In this document: piece by piece, positions 9,941 through 20,711 of the stretch
Position numbering within the stretch: the stretch's first letter is position 1
Layout: each line of letters begins with the position of its first letter
Assembly: GCA_017468205.1 (NCBI GenBank)
Contig: JAFUJK010000083.1
Span: 1 to 60,596, forward strand
Direction of reading: 5' to 3'
Origin: Clostridia bacterium
GTDB taxonomy: Bacteria; Bacillota; Clostridia; Christensenellales; UBA1242
DNA length: 60,596 nt
Translations under genes and position numbers: made by a program
Notes under the pieces: model-generated
What the model saw: only the letters and a program-made list of their open reading frames with translations
What the model was told of the DNA's origin: nothing
The model's database searches: none

Positions 9941-11760
9941 GTTTCAAAATATTTTTTAATAGCAAGAGCATCTTTTTGAGATATACCAGCAACCGCTGTT
10001 AGCTCGTCGAATGTTGCTTCTTTAATTTTGTCAATAGACTTAAAGGCCTTTATCAAATTTTTACGCTTAACGGGACCAATACCCTCGATTTCTTCAAGAA
10101 CACTTGTAATCTTATTTCGCAAACTACGGTGATAAGTGATTGCAAAACGGTGTGATTCATCACGAATTCGTTGCAAAAGTTTTAGCGCATTATGAGTACG
10201 AGGCAAAATTATAGGTTCCGACCTATTCGGCAGATAAACTTCCTCCTCACGCTTTGCAAGGCTGATTACTGGGATATTGTAGCCACACGCATTTAAGGCA
10301 TCAACAGCATTTGACAACTGTCCTTTTCCTCCGTCAACAACGATTAAATCAGGTTTGCTTCTAAAACTTGGGTCGTCGCTCTGTATATTATCCAATTCCC
10401 ACAATCTACGAGTAATAACTTCGCGCATACTCGCAAAATCGTTTGCCCCTTCGACGGTTTTTATTCTAAACTTGCGATAGTGCTTTGTGCGCGCCTCTCC
10501 GTCTATAAAAACGACCATTGAAGCCACGCTCAACACTCCGCCTATGTTTGAAATATCATAACATTCCATACGATGCACAGGCTTTCCAAGGTTCAATATT
10601 TGCCCCAAATTCTCCGCCGCACCTATGGTAAAATCATTTATTCTTTTTTCTTTTTCGATTGCTTTTTCCAAATACATTTCGGCATTTTGAACGGCAATTT
10701 CAAGTAATTTCTTCTTTTCTGCTCGCTTTGGACATAACAACTCAACAGCGCTAGTTCTTCCGACACTTGCTGACTTGCGTTGAGTTGAAAGCCATTCGCG
10801 CAAATCTTCGTTTGGCTCAAAAGGAATTAACACTTGCTCTGGTGGAATAGCGGTTGAAGTATAATATTGAGTTATAAATTGTGTTAGGCTATCCTCTAAA
10901 TCTAGTTCAGCATCAACTAGATGGAAACAGTCTACGCCAACACTGCGTCCACCACGAACCACAAGCACAGCAACACTTGCAACTGAGCCATTACTTGCCC
11001 AAGCAAAAGCATCAATATTATCCAAATTTGGCATAAATGTGAGCGTGTGTTGTTTAATTCTATCAAGCATAGAAAGGTCGTCGCGAATAGTCAATGCAAG
11101 CTCAAACTGCTCATTATCTGCAAGCCGTGTCATTTTTTCTTGTAAAATTTGTTGAACATCGCCAAACTTTCCATTTAAAAACTCCATTGCTTTTTTCAAA
11201 TAGTCGTGATAAACTTCCTTAGTAACCAGTCCACAACAAGGGGCACTACACAGTCCCAAATCGTGGTTTATACAAGGGCGCGCACGCCTTGGAAGTTTTC
11301 CATTGCACATACGAAGTGGATAAGCATTATTAAGCATTTTTATCAATTCCACAGGACGAACACCTGCAAAATAAGGTCCAAAATACTTCGCTCCATCGCG
11401 CTTAAGTTTTCGCACAATCTCAAGACGCGGAAAATCCTGTTTTAGGTCGATACGAATATAAGGATAAGACTTTCCGTCCTTCAACAATATGTTGTAATAC
11501 GGCTGATATCGTTTGATTAGATTATTTTCAAGCGCGAGCGCCTCCGCTTCATTAGGAACAACAATGTAGTAAAAATCTGCAATATTTTTTACCATATTAG
11601 TTACTTTAATAGTGTGATTTTTGCTATGCTGAAAATACTGCGATACACGATTTTTGAGGTTTTTCGCCTTTCCGACATAAATCACCTCACCGTCCGCATT
11701 TTTCATTATATAAACTCCGCTATTTTGAGGGAGTTCTTTAATTTTCGTCTTTAAATCCAT
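9934..11760 (-). CDS. uvrC: Excinuclease ABC subunit C
   Basis: GVYIMK..IYVGKAKNLKNRVSQYF, ECYDISN, PDLIVVDGGKGQL, RDESHRFA, C-terminal HhH; start at ATG 11760. Confidence 0.96.
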   Translation of the reverse strand: MDLKTKIKELPQNSGVYIMKNADGEVIYVGKAKNLKNRVSQYFQHSKNHTIKVTNMVKNIADFYYIVVPNEAEALALENNLIKRYQPYYNILLKDGKSYPYIRIDLKQDFPRLEIVRKLKRDGAKYFGPYFAGVRPVELIKMLNNAYPLRMCNGKLPRRARPCINHDLGLCSAPCCGLVTKEVYHDYLKKAMEFLNGKFGDVQQILQEKMTRLADNEQFELALTIRDDLSMLDRIKQHTLTFMPNLDNIDAFAWASNGSVASVAVLVVRGGRSVGVDCFHLVDAELDLEDSLTQFITQYYTSTAIPPEQVLIPFEPNEDLREWLSTQRKSASVGRTSAVELLCPKRAEKKKLLEIAVQNAEMYLEKAIEKEKRINDFTIGAAENLGQILNLGKPVHRMECYDISNIGGVLSVASMVVFIDGEARTKHYRKFRIKTVEGANDFASMREVITRRLWELDNIQSDDPSFRSKPDLIVVDGGKGQLSNAVDALNACGYNIPVISLAKREEEVYLPNRSEPIILPRTHNALKLLQRIRDESHRFAITYHRSLRNKITSVLEEIEGIGPVKRKNLIKAFKSIDKIKEATFDELTAVAGISQKDALAIKKYFETA

Positions 11761-11766
11761 AATAAT

Positions 11767-11795
11767 ATTATACACCATTTAAAATATTTTTTCAA
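11767..11795 (-). promoter_or_regulatory. sigma-A promoter of uvrC, probably leaderless
   Basis: TTGAAA-N17-TATAAT ending 6 nt before ATG; no SD. Confidence 0.6.
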
Positions 11796-11863
11796 TAAAT
11801 ATAACGATATTAACATTTTTTAGATTTTTTGCATATTAAACATAAAACACGGGAGGTCGAGAA

Positions 11864-12079
11864 ATGACCGTTTCGCAAGCATTGGTTATCGTTCTGCTAA
11901 TTTCAATTTGGGCAGGAACCACAGGCACAGACCTAGCCACAAACTCAAATATATTGATAATTTTGCTAATAGCACTTATAGCATTAGCAGGGGTAACAAC
12001 AAATTCAGGTAATAATAATTGTTGTTGTCGAAACCGAATAATATCTGACTTTGGCACTATAACACAAACACTTTTTTAA
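11864..12079 (+). CDS. Small two-helix membrane protein with CCC motif, possibly sporulation-related
   Basis: GGGAGG RBS, two hydrophobic segments, NNNCCCR tail, terminator at 12082-12107. Confidence 0.6.
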   Translation: MTVSQALVIVLLISIWAGTTGTDLATNSNILIILLIALIALAGVTTNSGNNNCCCRNRIISDFGTITQTLF

Positions 12080-12081
12080 AC

Positions 12082-12107
12082 AAAAACAAGGCTATTGCCT
12101 TGTTTTT
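12082..12107. terminator. Bidirectional intrinsic terminator
   Basis: aaaaacaagg-ctattg-ccttgttttt between convergent genes. Confidence 0.7.
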
Positions 12108-13614
12108 ATTCCTCAATAATTAAGTCGTCAGTTTCTAGTTCTTTTGCTTCTGCTGGTTTAACTTCTTCAACGACAGCATCTTCTGCTGTTTTGTCAACCT
12201 TTGTGAGTTCGTGCTTGCTCACTTTTTTCTTCTTTGTGGTTTTTGTAGTCAACACAACATCAGTTTTCTCTTCCTCTTCCTTAACAGCCTGTTTATTCGC
12301 CTTTTTCATTGATTGCAGACGTGAAAAATCGTCATCCATTTGCTCAATAGGCACGTTGTAGGAAGTATCTTGTGTCAAGTCAAGAATATCGCTAACTCCA
12401 TAGAAGTTATCGTCAACAATACCCGCCTCAACCATTTCTTCGTGTTCACGGCGTTGCTCTCTAATTCTCAAACGCTCTTGCCATACAATGGAAATTACGG
12501 ACACAATAGGAGCCGACAAAATCATACCAACAAGCCCAAACATAGCGCCACCAAGTGTAAGTCCAAGGATAATAAGAAGCGCACGAGTATTCATTCTCTT
12601 GCTCATAATGAACGCAGGAACGAAAGTTGTAACCAAAGCCCAGTCGATAATCGCAAACAACAACGCCATTAACATCATATTCACATCGCCGAACATCAAT
12701 GTTACAATTGCAAGTGGAATACACGCAATAAAGCCACCCAAATAAGGGATAATAGATAAAACTCCGAGCAAAAGCGCCATTACAACAGCCAAAGGCACAC
12801 CCATAATTTGGAAACCAATCCACGCAATAATAAAGATAATAAACATTACAATCAAGTTTGAAATGATGTATTGGTTAAACATATCATTTGTGCGGTGTGT
12901 AATGGTGATAATCTCTTCCGCGCTCTTGCGGTTAGAATATGCATACGTCATACGTTTGCAAGTTTTTGAGATTAGCTCTTTATCCTTCAGCATCAAGAAG
13001 GAAATAATTAATCCCATTACGCAAGAGAAAATCAGCGAAGCAGTATCCATTAAGTATACTGTAATATTATCAACAAACGAACTAATACCAGATTCAATGC
13101 TTGTACCTATATTATTTATGGCATCGGTAATAGCTTGGTCAAATTGTTCTGCTGGCAAACCAGTAATAGTTTGCATAAGGCTAGTAAGTGCAGAAGTCAA
13201 CTTATCAACCAACACTGTTAAGTTATCACCTTGAAATTGTTCCAATACTCCAATAAGCCCCGGCACCGCAACAACAATCAAAACAACAAACGCGCCAATA
13301 AGAATTAAAAATAATGAAGAAAGCGAAATAGCACGTTTATATTTAAGCGCTCGTGGATTGCCCACAAAGCAATTTTTCAGCAATTTATTTTCAATAAAAG
13401 CCATAGGTCTAAGCAAAATAAACGAAAGCACGAGTGCTACGATTAATGGTGTTAGACCAGCGATTAAACTCATAAACAAGTCGCGAATAATTCCGCCAGC
13501 CATATTGGTTAAAATAAGCGCACAAAGAATCGCTACAAAGAGCCAAACATACCACTTGCGCCCGCCACTATTTTGACTGCGACGTCTTTCGTCACTTGGA
13601 TAGTCTTGTTCCAT
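12106..13614 (-). CDS. AI-2E family transporter
   Basis: Multiple TM helices, LSIIPYLGGFI, GGAMFGLVGMILSAPI; charged C-terminal tail. Confidence 0.85.
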   Translation of the reverse strand: MEQDYPSDERRRSQNSGGRKWYVWLFVAILCALILTNMAGGIIRDLFMSLIAGLTPLIVALVLSFILLRPMAFIENKLLKNCFVGNPRALKYKRAISLSSLFLILIGAFVVLIVVAVPGLIGVLEQFQGDNLTVLVDKLTSALTSLMQTITGLPAEQFDQAITDAINNIGTSIESGISSFVDNITVYLMDTASLIFSCVMGLIISFLMLKDKELISKTCKRMTYAYSNRKSAEEIITITHRTNDMFNQYIISNLIVMFIIFIIAWIGFQIMGVPLAVVMALLLGVLSIIPYLGGFIACIPLAIVTLMFGDVNMMLMALLFAIIDWALVTTFVPAFIMSKRMNTRALLIILGLTLGGAMFGLVGMILSAPIVSVISIVWQERLRIREQRREHEEMVEAGIVDDNFYGVSDILDLTQDTSYNVPIEQMDDDFSRLQSMKKANKQAVKEEEEKTDVVLTTKTTKKKKVSKHELTKVDKTAEDAVVEEVKPAEAKELETDDLIIEE

Positions 13615-13615
13615 C

Positions 13616-15076
13616 TTAGCCTCCTCCTTTTATTTCGGGTTCATTAGTTCCCTTCTCGTCAGGGTCTTTCTGCCCCTCGTCGATACAATCGGTTTTATTT
13701 TCAGCCTCAACTTCAATTACTTTTTGATTTTTTTCTAAAACTTCCATTAACCCATTTTCTTTCCGCATATCTTCATCTTTGAACCGCTGAAGCATAGGTG
13801 CAATCTTTTTATTTCCGTAAACAAAATCATATAATAACACTACGCCACCTTGAATAAGATAACCATAATAAGTCATAATACGATACAATAATATCGCCCA
13901 AACAAATACATTTCCAGCACCCACAGTCGCATAATATGGATAGAAAATTGCATTGAAAGAATATTCTGCTGTACCTGCACCACCTGGTATAGGTATAAAG
14001 CTAATAGCAATGTCACATATAAGTTGAAGTGTAAGGAAAGTGTACCACAAATTAATATTAAAATCACAGAACACACAGTACACAACAAATGCTATGGAAT
14101 ATTGAGCAAAAAGCATAAAGACACTTAACAAAAATTCCATAAATACAAGCCAGCCACTTGTCATAAACATTCTAAATGTTGAAACATATTCTTTGACCGT
14201 GCGCATAACTTTTCTGTACATCATTCGTGAGTCTTTGATAATATGCATCCATTTCAGCATTTTAAATATGCCAAACATCATTTTTGGGGCGACTTTTTTA
14301 CTGATTGACAAGAAGAAAATTGCGACAATAAGCAATAAGTTAAGAGCAAGTCCAATATAACACAAAGTTAAAACAAAGGAGTCTACCTGAATATCAATTA
14401 AACCACTACAAAGAAGAATTATTACGCTAAAAATTATATAGGTAACTTGTGCATAGATATATTTTGCGAGAGGCACACTTGTAGCACTACTTGCATTCAA
14501 ACCGCGCTTATTCAAATAGAAAACCTGAAAAGGCTGTCCTCCTGTCGCAAGAGGTGTAATTGAGTCATAATAGCGACATATTGCCATTGATTTATAACTC
14601 AAATATGGTCGATTTCTGCCTGTAACCTTTTTTATTGCTAACTGTATACGGAAAGCATCTAAATAGTTGATAAGAAAAAACAGCAAAACAGCAACAATTA
14701 GCCACCACCAATTAAGATTGCTTTGCAATAATTCAGGCAAAGACATAGGCGGTTCGTTACAAAATTGCCAAATAAGAATGCCTGCCAAGATTCCCAAGTT
14801 AAGCAACAAAAATAAAGCACTAATCCACTTACTTTTTTTGCTACGTTGAGTCTTAACCGACTCCATTGAAGACTCCATAGACTCCTTGGTTTCTTTTTCG
14901 CGTTCTGCCTCTTTAATCAAATGAGGAATCACATTTTCGGTTGTTATCGTATCTTCTGCGATATTGATTTTTGATGATATTTTTAGGTGCGAATGCGATG
15001 GAGAAAAAGCCTTGCGTTGATACAAGACTGGAGTCTGGTTTTTCAGACTGTTTTCCTCTTTTTCAATATCGCACAT
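13616..15076 (-). CDS. Lysylphosphatidylglycerol synthase TM / flippase-like protein
   Basis: YYDSITPLATGGQPFQ, IPIPGGAGTAE, LLYRIMTYY motifs. Confidence 0.85.
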   Translation of the reverse strand: MCDIEKEENSLKNQTPVLYQRKAFSPSHSHLKISSKINIAEDTITTENVIPHLIKEAEREKETKESMESSMESVKTQRSKKSKWISALFLLLNLGILAGILIWQFCNEPPMSLPELLQSNLNWWWLIVAVLLFFLINYLDAFRIQLAIKKVTGRNRPYLSYKSMAICRYYDSITPLATGGQPFQVFYLNKRGLNASSATSVPLAKYIYAQVTYIIFSVIILLCSGLIDIQVDSFVLTLCYIGLALNLLLIVAIFFLSISKKVAPKMMFGIFKMLKWMHIIKDSRMMYRKVMRTVKEYVSTFRMFMTSGWLVFMEFLLSVFMLFAQYSIAFVVYCVFCDFNINLWYTFLTLQLICDIAISFIPIPGGAGTAEYSFNAIFYPYYATVGAGNVFVWAILLYRIMTYYGYLIQGGVVLLYDFVYGNKKIAPMLQRFKDEDMRKENGLMEVLEKNQKVIEVEAENKTDCIDEGQKDPDEKGTNEPEIKGGG

Positions 15077-15168
15077 AACAAAATATCCTGAATTTTTTAT
15101 TTCACTACATAACTATAATATCATTAAAATTCCCTTTTGTCAAAAGAAAAAATGAAAAAATTGGGACT

Positions 15169-16515
15169 TTATACCCAATTTTGCATATCATACTTAATTA
15201 AACCAAAATTTTTGGTGCTTTCAGTAACTTTTAAATGTTCAGAAATATCAACCCCTGCCACTGCCAGAACTTCATTTCCCAAAGCCAAAACTGGAAGATA
15301 ATCACGAATACGTGCAGGAACTTTTTTATCATTTAAATAACTTTTTAATTTTCGGCTTCCACCGCCAAACTTTTCAATATAATCGCCTTCTTTACGAACA
15401 CGCCAAACTGCACCATTTGGAATTTGGTCAAGGTCAACAAGCAAAAATCCAGCTTGTAATTCTGGCGATTTTGCACGTTTAACACTTAATTTGCCATAAT
15501 CACCAAATTTTATAGTACCAATTTTAAAATCCCATTCTACATTTAATTCTACTTTTGGCTTTTTGTGAGTGATTGTAATATATTCATATTCTTTGTAAAC
15601 ATCGACATTATTAGGTAAGTTAATTTTTGCGCCATTCTCACCACTTTTTGCCAAATCGAGAATCATTATCAAATGTTTACGCTCAAAATTTTGAATTACA
15701 CCCAATTTTGCCAAGCAATCATCAAGCAATCTAAAAATATGCGAATTACCATACACAAAATACGTCAGAGGCACTTTCACCATATCATCATTATATAAAA
15801 CTGCATCAAAATTAATCATACTACGAATAACTTGGTCATCTTCCTTGCAGGTTTTACCAAAATTACACAATGTGGCATCTACATTTTGCCAAACTTTGCG
15901 TAATTCGGGCATAACAACATTTCTAATCATGTTGCGTGTAATTGTGTTGTCGCTATTAGTTTCATCTTCCAAATATTGAATATCATTTTCGTAAACATAG
16001 CGCATTAATTCATCTTTTGGCATATCAAGTAGTGGGCGCACGTAAAAATTATCACGAACATACTCCATACCACTCGCGCCTTTAATGCCACTACCGCGCA
16101 AAATATGCATAAGTATTGTTTCGGCTTGGTCGCGTTGATGATGAGCAAGACAAACATAATCAACAAGTCCGCGTTTTTTCAAACTTTCAAACACACCATA
16201 ACGCGTTTCCCTGCACGCTTCTTCAAGTCCCATACCCTTTTGTTTTGCAAGAATGCCCGCTTCTACGCGAAATTTGTAAAATCTAATACGATTTTCACGG
16301 CAATAGTCTTCAACAAAAATCGCTTCTGCCTCGTCAGCCTCGCGAGTGCCGTGGATAACATTAATCGCAACAACATCAATATCAAGTTTAAACTTGTTTG
16401 CGTTCAAGAAGTGCAAGAGAGCCATACTATCAGAGCCACCACTTACGCCAACACCAACAACACTGCCTGAACTAAAAAATTTGTTTTCAATAATAAAATC
16501 TAGAATTTTCTCCAT
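15169..16515 (-). CDS. tilS: tRNA(Ile)-lysidine synthase
   Basis: GVSGGSDSMALL PP-loop, AHHQRDQAET, RPLL, RNMIR; ATG 16515 follows GAGGTG. Confidence 0.94.
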   Translation of the reverse strand: MEKILDFIIENKFFSSGSVVGVGVSGGSDSMALLHFLNANKFKLDIDVVAINVIHGTREADEAEAIFVEDYCRENRIRFYKFRVEAGILAKQKGMGLEEACRETRYGVFESLKKRGLVDYVCLAHHQRDQAETILMHILRGSGIKGASGMEYVRDNFYVRPLLDMPKDELMRYVYENDIQYLEDETNSDNTITRNMIRNVVMPELRKVWQNVDATLCNFGKTCKEDDQVIRSMINFDAVLYNDDMVKVPLTYFVYGNSHIFRLLDDCLAKLGVIQNFERKHLIMILDLAKSGENGAKINLPNNVDVYKEYEYITITHKKPKVELNVEWDFKIGTIKFGDYGKLSVKRAKSPELQAGFLLVDLDQIPNGAVWRVRKEGDYIEKFGGGSRKLKSYLNDKKVPARIRDYLPVLALGNEVLAVAGVDISEHLKVTESTKNFGLIKYDMQNWV

Positions 16516-16583
16516 ATTTTTAATCACCTCTATTTATATTATACTATAAAAACAGCAGTTTTTCAATAGAGAAATAAAAGTTT

Positions 16584-18860
16584 TTAGAATTTAGTAAAAA
16601 TTCTGCCTACCATTACGGTCATATCATCATTAGGAATATTCTTATTCAATTCCAGAGCTTTGTCAATAATTGCATTTGCTAAAATTTGCGGATTTGTCGT
16701 ATTTGTTTGAGTTATCACTTCGTCAAGGTCATCAAGAGTTCTAAAACTATCACTTATGCCATCGGTTAAAAGAATAATCATATCACCATCATTTAATACG
16801 CACGAACGTATATTTGGTTTCAATTCTTCTAAAATCCCCAAAGGCAACGCGCCCGCTTCCAACCTTTCCAAAGTTTCGCCACTCTTTATATAGGTAACAG
16901 GTGAGCCTAATTTTATCATATCACATGTGCCATCATTTAAATTTATCACACTCGCGTCAAGGGCGCTGAATGTTTCCTCTCCACTTAAAGAAAGCAACTT
17001 GTTTACACTTGATAAAATCAAACTATTATCAAACCCCGCACGATAAAAATTTTCAATCAAACCAAGAGCAAGGCTACTTGTACGTTCTGCCTGTTCTCCG
17101 CTCCCCATTCCATCACAAAGCGCAAATAAAATCTTATCTTTACCGAGGCGCATAACAGAATGAGTATCCCCACTTTTAGAACTATCAGCCTTTATAGCCC
17201 CCGCACTGCCAAAAACTAGGTCATATCTATTTGCACTGTCAAGCGTTATAACCTCAAACCCCGCTTTAACACCGCAAGCTCTGTTTGTAATTTCCATAGG
17301 AAAACCAAGCGATTTTGAAAGCACTCTAACAAGACAATTTGTATCAAGGTTTTTTTTCTTGACCACTATTGTAGCGCTATAAAGTTTATCCTGTCTACGA
17401 TAAACAACCGCCTCACTGCACACAATTCCTTCATACATTAAATCTTCCATAATACGTCTTTCGAGCGAATTATCAAAAGAAACATTTAACGAAACCTCAA
17501 CTGCTAATGATTTCATAATTTGCGACACCCCCCACATTTGTTCACCCAAAAGCAGTCGACCGCTATCAAGGTTGTTTTGATTTTGCAAACCATTTTTATA
17601 TTCATCTACCACATTATTAACCGCAGTTATAAGTGCATTCAACTTAACACAATGAGCGCACAAATTTGGCGGAACATCAAGAAGCGACACACGTCCACGT
17701 TCATAAGCAAAATAAAGCATTTCGAGAATTGCCCTGTGAGTTTCACTAGACTGAATACGCAGACATTCATTCTTATTAGCACAATCAATACACATTTTTT
17801 GTTTTATTTCTGTTGCTAAATATTCGGCTATTTCTTCAAAATTTCTAGCCCCCTTTACCATACCTTTAAACACATTCTTCATATCAAAGAAAATATCACT
17901 CAACTCATAAAGTCTTGAACAAAGAACTTTTCTGCTCCTATTGACAATTGAGCGAACTGCTGTATCTTCCTTTTCTGTAATAATATAAGATATTACACCA
18001 GTAAGCATTTTAGACGGCATAAGTAAAAACAAAAGAGCGCCTATCAAAATAGCAAGTAAATTATAAAGTGTGTATGTAGGCATAAAATAAAGCCCAATAA
18101 TTATATCTACTAACACAACAGCAACGCAAGCATACGCACGTTTTGAACATTTTGTAGCCACTGCAGTCAATCCAATTATCACACTTTGAGAAACCAGCAA
18201 GAATTGCTCCGCTGAAAATGCAGAACCTAGCCCAAATGCCAGTAATATCATAAGGACCGCAGAATTTGAAAAAGTATGACTTAAAAATAATGAGCCAAAT
18301 GCAATGACACCACTAAAAATATACTCGCCAAAAGGAACACAACTTACCCCAACACCAAGAGCAAAAATCAAAACTCCCGCTGTTAAAACTTCATCAATCA
18401 AAAACTGACGTCTTAAACCACGCAACACAAGACCTTGCATAAAATGAAGATACGCGTACATTGCAACCATTCCAATCACAAGAGTAACGAACGCACCCCA
18501 AAGCAATTCCGTGTTCATTACCGCGTAATAAAACATTCCCGCTTGTGAAAGAAAAGCATAGCAACCTATCAAAACGGGATTTAAACGTCTTTTGAAACGA
18601 TAGTGCAACAAATATGCAAGACCAAACACAAGCACACACACAGTATCAACAACAAGATTCGTTAAATCAAACGATGCCAAAAATCCCGAAAGAACGTAGA
18701 GTGGCGCAAGATAATAAATCTTTTGATTACACCAAACCAGTGCAAAAAACATTCCGAATGCAAAAGGCTGTAAACCTTGAATTGTTGCGCTGTGCAAAAT
18801 ATACAACATCACAAAAAGCAAAAAATATTTTAAAATACCATAAAAAAATTCAATGCGCAT
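16584..18860 (-). CDS. spoIIE: Stage II sporulation protein E (PP2C phosphatase)
   Basis: About 10 N-terminal TM helices, CIDC..C..C, SGD, DGMGSG, LTDG, DDMTV; conserved position upstream of tilS. Confidence 0.88.
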   Translation of the reverse strand: MRIEFFYGILKYFLLFVMLYILHSATIQGLQPFAFGMFFALVWCNQKIYYLAPLYVLSGFLASFDLTNLVVDTVCVLVFGLAYLLHYRFKRRLNPVLIGCYAFLSQAGMFYYAVMNTELLWGAFVTLVIGMVAMYAYLHFMQGLVLRGLRRQFLIDEVLTAGVLIFALGVGVSCVPFGEYIFSGVIAFGSLFLSHTFSNSAVLMILLAFGLGSAFSAEQFLLVSQSVIIGLTAVATKCSKRAYACVAVVLVDIIIGLYFMPTYTLYNLLAILIGALLFLLMPSKMLTGVISYIITEKEDTAVRSIVNRSRKVLCSRLYELSDIFFDMKNVFKGMVKGARNFEEIAEYLATEIKQKMCIDCANKNECLRIQSSETHRAILEMLYFAYERGRVSLLDVPPNLCAHCVKLNALITAVNNVVDEYKNGLQNQNNLDSGRLLLGEQMWGVSQIMKSLAVEVSLNVSFDNSLERRIMEDLMYEGIVCSEAVVYRRQDKLYSATIVVKKKNLDTNCLVRVLSKSLGFPMEITNRACGVKAGFEVITLDSANRYDLVFGSAGAIKADSSKSGDTHSVMRLGKDKILFALCDGMGSGEQAERTSSLALGLIENFYRAGFDNSLILSSVNKLLSLSGEETFSALDASVINLNDGTCDMIKLGSPVTYIKSGETLERLEAGALPLGILEELKPNIRSCVLNDGDMIILLTDGISDSFRTLDDLDEVITQTNTTNPQILANAIIDKALELNKNIPNDDMTVMVGRIFTKF

Positions 18861-19021
18861 ATTTCACCACCCACAATAATTATAAAATTTTGTTTTATTT
18901 TTGACCTGCTTTTAGAATAGCGAAAAACTGACAATTTAAGATAATTTTGTTAAATTTTAAAAGTTTTTGTTTAATGTTTGCAAATCTATTTTTTTATGCT
19001 ATAATATGAAAGGAGGAATAT

Positions 19022-19810
19022 ATGAGTAAAGTAGTAGTTGTAACTGGCGCATCAAGTGGAATTGGACTCGCCATAGCAAAAAAATTTGTTGAAAATGGGC
19101 ATATTGTATATTCATTTTCTCGCGGAACACCAAATGATGATAACATAAAATTTATACACTGTGATGTAAGTAAGCGCGAAATTGTCGAGTCTGCATTTAA
19201 AGAATTAATTGAAAAAGAAGGAAAAATCGACATTTTAATCAACAATGCTGGTATGGGCATTAGTGGCGCAATGGAATTTGAACCACAGGCAGACATTCAA
19301 AAAATCATTGATGTCAATTTTCTAGGTGTTGTAAATTGCTGTTCCGTTGCGCTTCCCCATTTACGAGAAAGCAAAGGTACAATAATTAATATTTCTTCAA
19401 TGGCGGCGGAATTTACAATCGCTTTTCAAACAATGTATTCAGCAACAAAATCTGCAATTCTTGCTTTTAGTACTGCACTTAAAAATGAAGTTCGCCCTTT
19501 CGGAGTGCGTGTTAGTTGTGTGCTTCCTGGGGACATAAAAACAGGCTTTACCGCCAACCGAATAAAAAGTGATGCTGAAAAAACGCCTTATAGTGAACGC
19601 GAAAAACGCAGTGTTGAATATATGGAAAAATGCGAGCAAAACGGAATTGCTCCTGAAAAAATTGCAAGAAAAATTTGCAAAGTCGCAGAAAAAAAGAACC
19701 CACCAGTTAGTTTTACTTACGGCTTTTCGTATAAATTAATCAGGCTTGCAAACAGACTACTTCCTCAAAAACTCATTAACTACATTTTATATAGATTATA
19801 CGGAAAATAA
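19022..19810 (+). CDS. SDR family oxidoreductase
   Basis: TGASSGIG, NNAG, YSATK. Confidence 0.92.
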   Translation: MSKVVVVTGASSGIGLAIAKKFVENGHIVYSFSRGTPNDDNIKFIHCDVSKREIVESAFKELIEKEGKIDILINNAGMGISGAMEFEPQADIQKIIDVNFLGVVNCCSVALPHLRESKGTIINISSMAAEFTIAFQTMYSATKSAILAFSTALKNEVRPFGVRVSCVLPGDIKTGFTANRIKSDAEKTPYSEREKRSVEYMEKCEQNGIAPEKIARKICKVAEKKNPPVSFTYGFSYKLIRLANRLLPQKLINYILYRLYGK

Positions 19811-19821
19811 AGGATAAAACT

Positions 19822-20616
19822 ATGCGCGTATGTGTACTAGCCAGTGGCAGTAAAGGAAACTGCACATTTGTTGAAGGCGAAAACACCCGCATTTTAATAG
19901 ATGCGGGATTAAATAAAACAGAAATCGAAAATAGATTAAATACTATCGGCATTGAACCTAGTAGCATTGATAGTATACTCATTACCCACGAACATAGCGA
20001 CCACATCAAGGGCGTTGGTGCATTTGCGCGTGCACACAAATGCAAAATATTCGCCCACCCCGACACTTGGGGGGCAATGCAAGAAAAAGTTGGAACTATT
20101 CAAGCAGAAAAACGTGTTGGAATATTTGGAAGTAATTTTTACATAAATGAACTAGCTATCACAAGTTTTGACCTTTCTCACGACTCGGCGCATTGCCTTG
20201 GTTTTAGTGTTCACGAAGGCAACAAAAAAATCAGCACTGCAACAGACCTAGGTTTCATAAACGATACAATAATCAAACATTTAGCGGATAGTAGCCTCGT
20301 GATTTTGGAATCAAACCACGACATACCCCGTCTAATGAGCAACCCAAAATATCCACTTTACCTAAAACAGCGCATACTTTCAAATCGCGGACACCTTAAC
20401 AACAAAGATTCAGCCGAAGCAGTTCTAAAAATGCTGGGATATGGAATTCGCGGGTTAATTGCTGCACATTTGAGCGAAGAAAACAACACTCCTGACCTTG
20501 TTATGAAAGCACTCAATGATATTGTAGCACGTCAAGGTGGCGAACTTGCAAAAGAAATTTATGTTGACATTGCAAAGCAACACAAAGTTGGAAATATTTA
20601 TAGAATAAAATCATAA
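19822..20616 (+). CDS. MBL-fold metallo-hydrolase (YycJ/WalJ-like)
   Basis: LASGSKGN, THEHSDH, ESNHD, HLSEENN. Confidence 0.9.
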   Translation: MRVCVLASGSKGNCTFVEGENTRILIDAGLNKTEIENRLNTIGIEPSSIDSILITHEHSDHIKGVGAFARAHKCKIFAHPDTWGAMQEKVGTIQAEKRVGIFGSNFYINELAITSFDLSHDSAHCLGFSVHEGNKKISTATDLGFINDTIIKHLADSSLVILESNHDIPRLMSNPKYPLYLKQRILSNRGHLNNKDSAEAVLKMLGYGIRGLIAAHLSEENNTPDLVMKALNDIVARQGGELAKEIYVDIAKQHKVGNIYRIKS

Positions 20617-20711
20617 ACGCACAAAGGTGTATTTTTATTTTTTTAACAAATAATGTATATTTTTATTCCTTACACACAAATTATTTATAGAAAATTTGAG
20701 GAGTACAAAAT

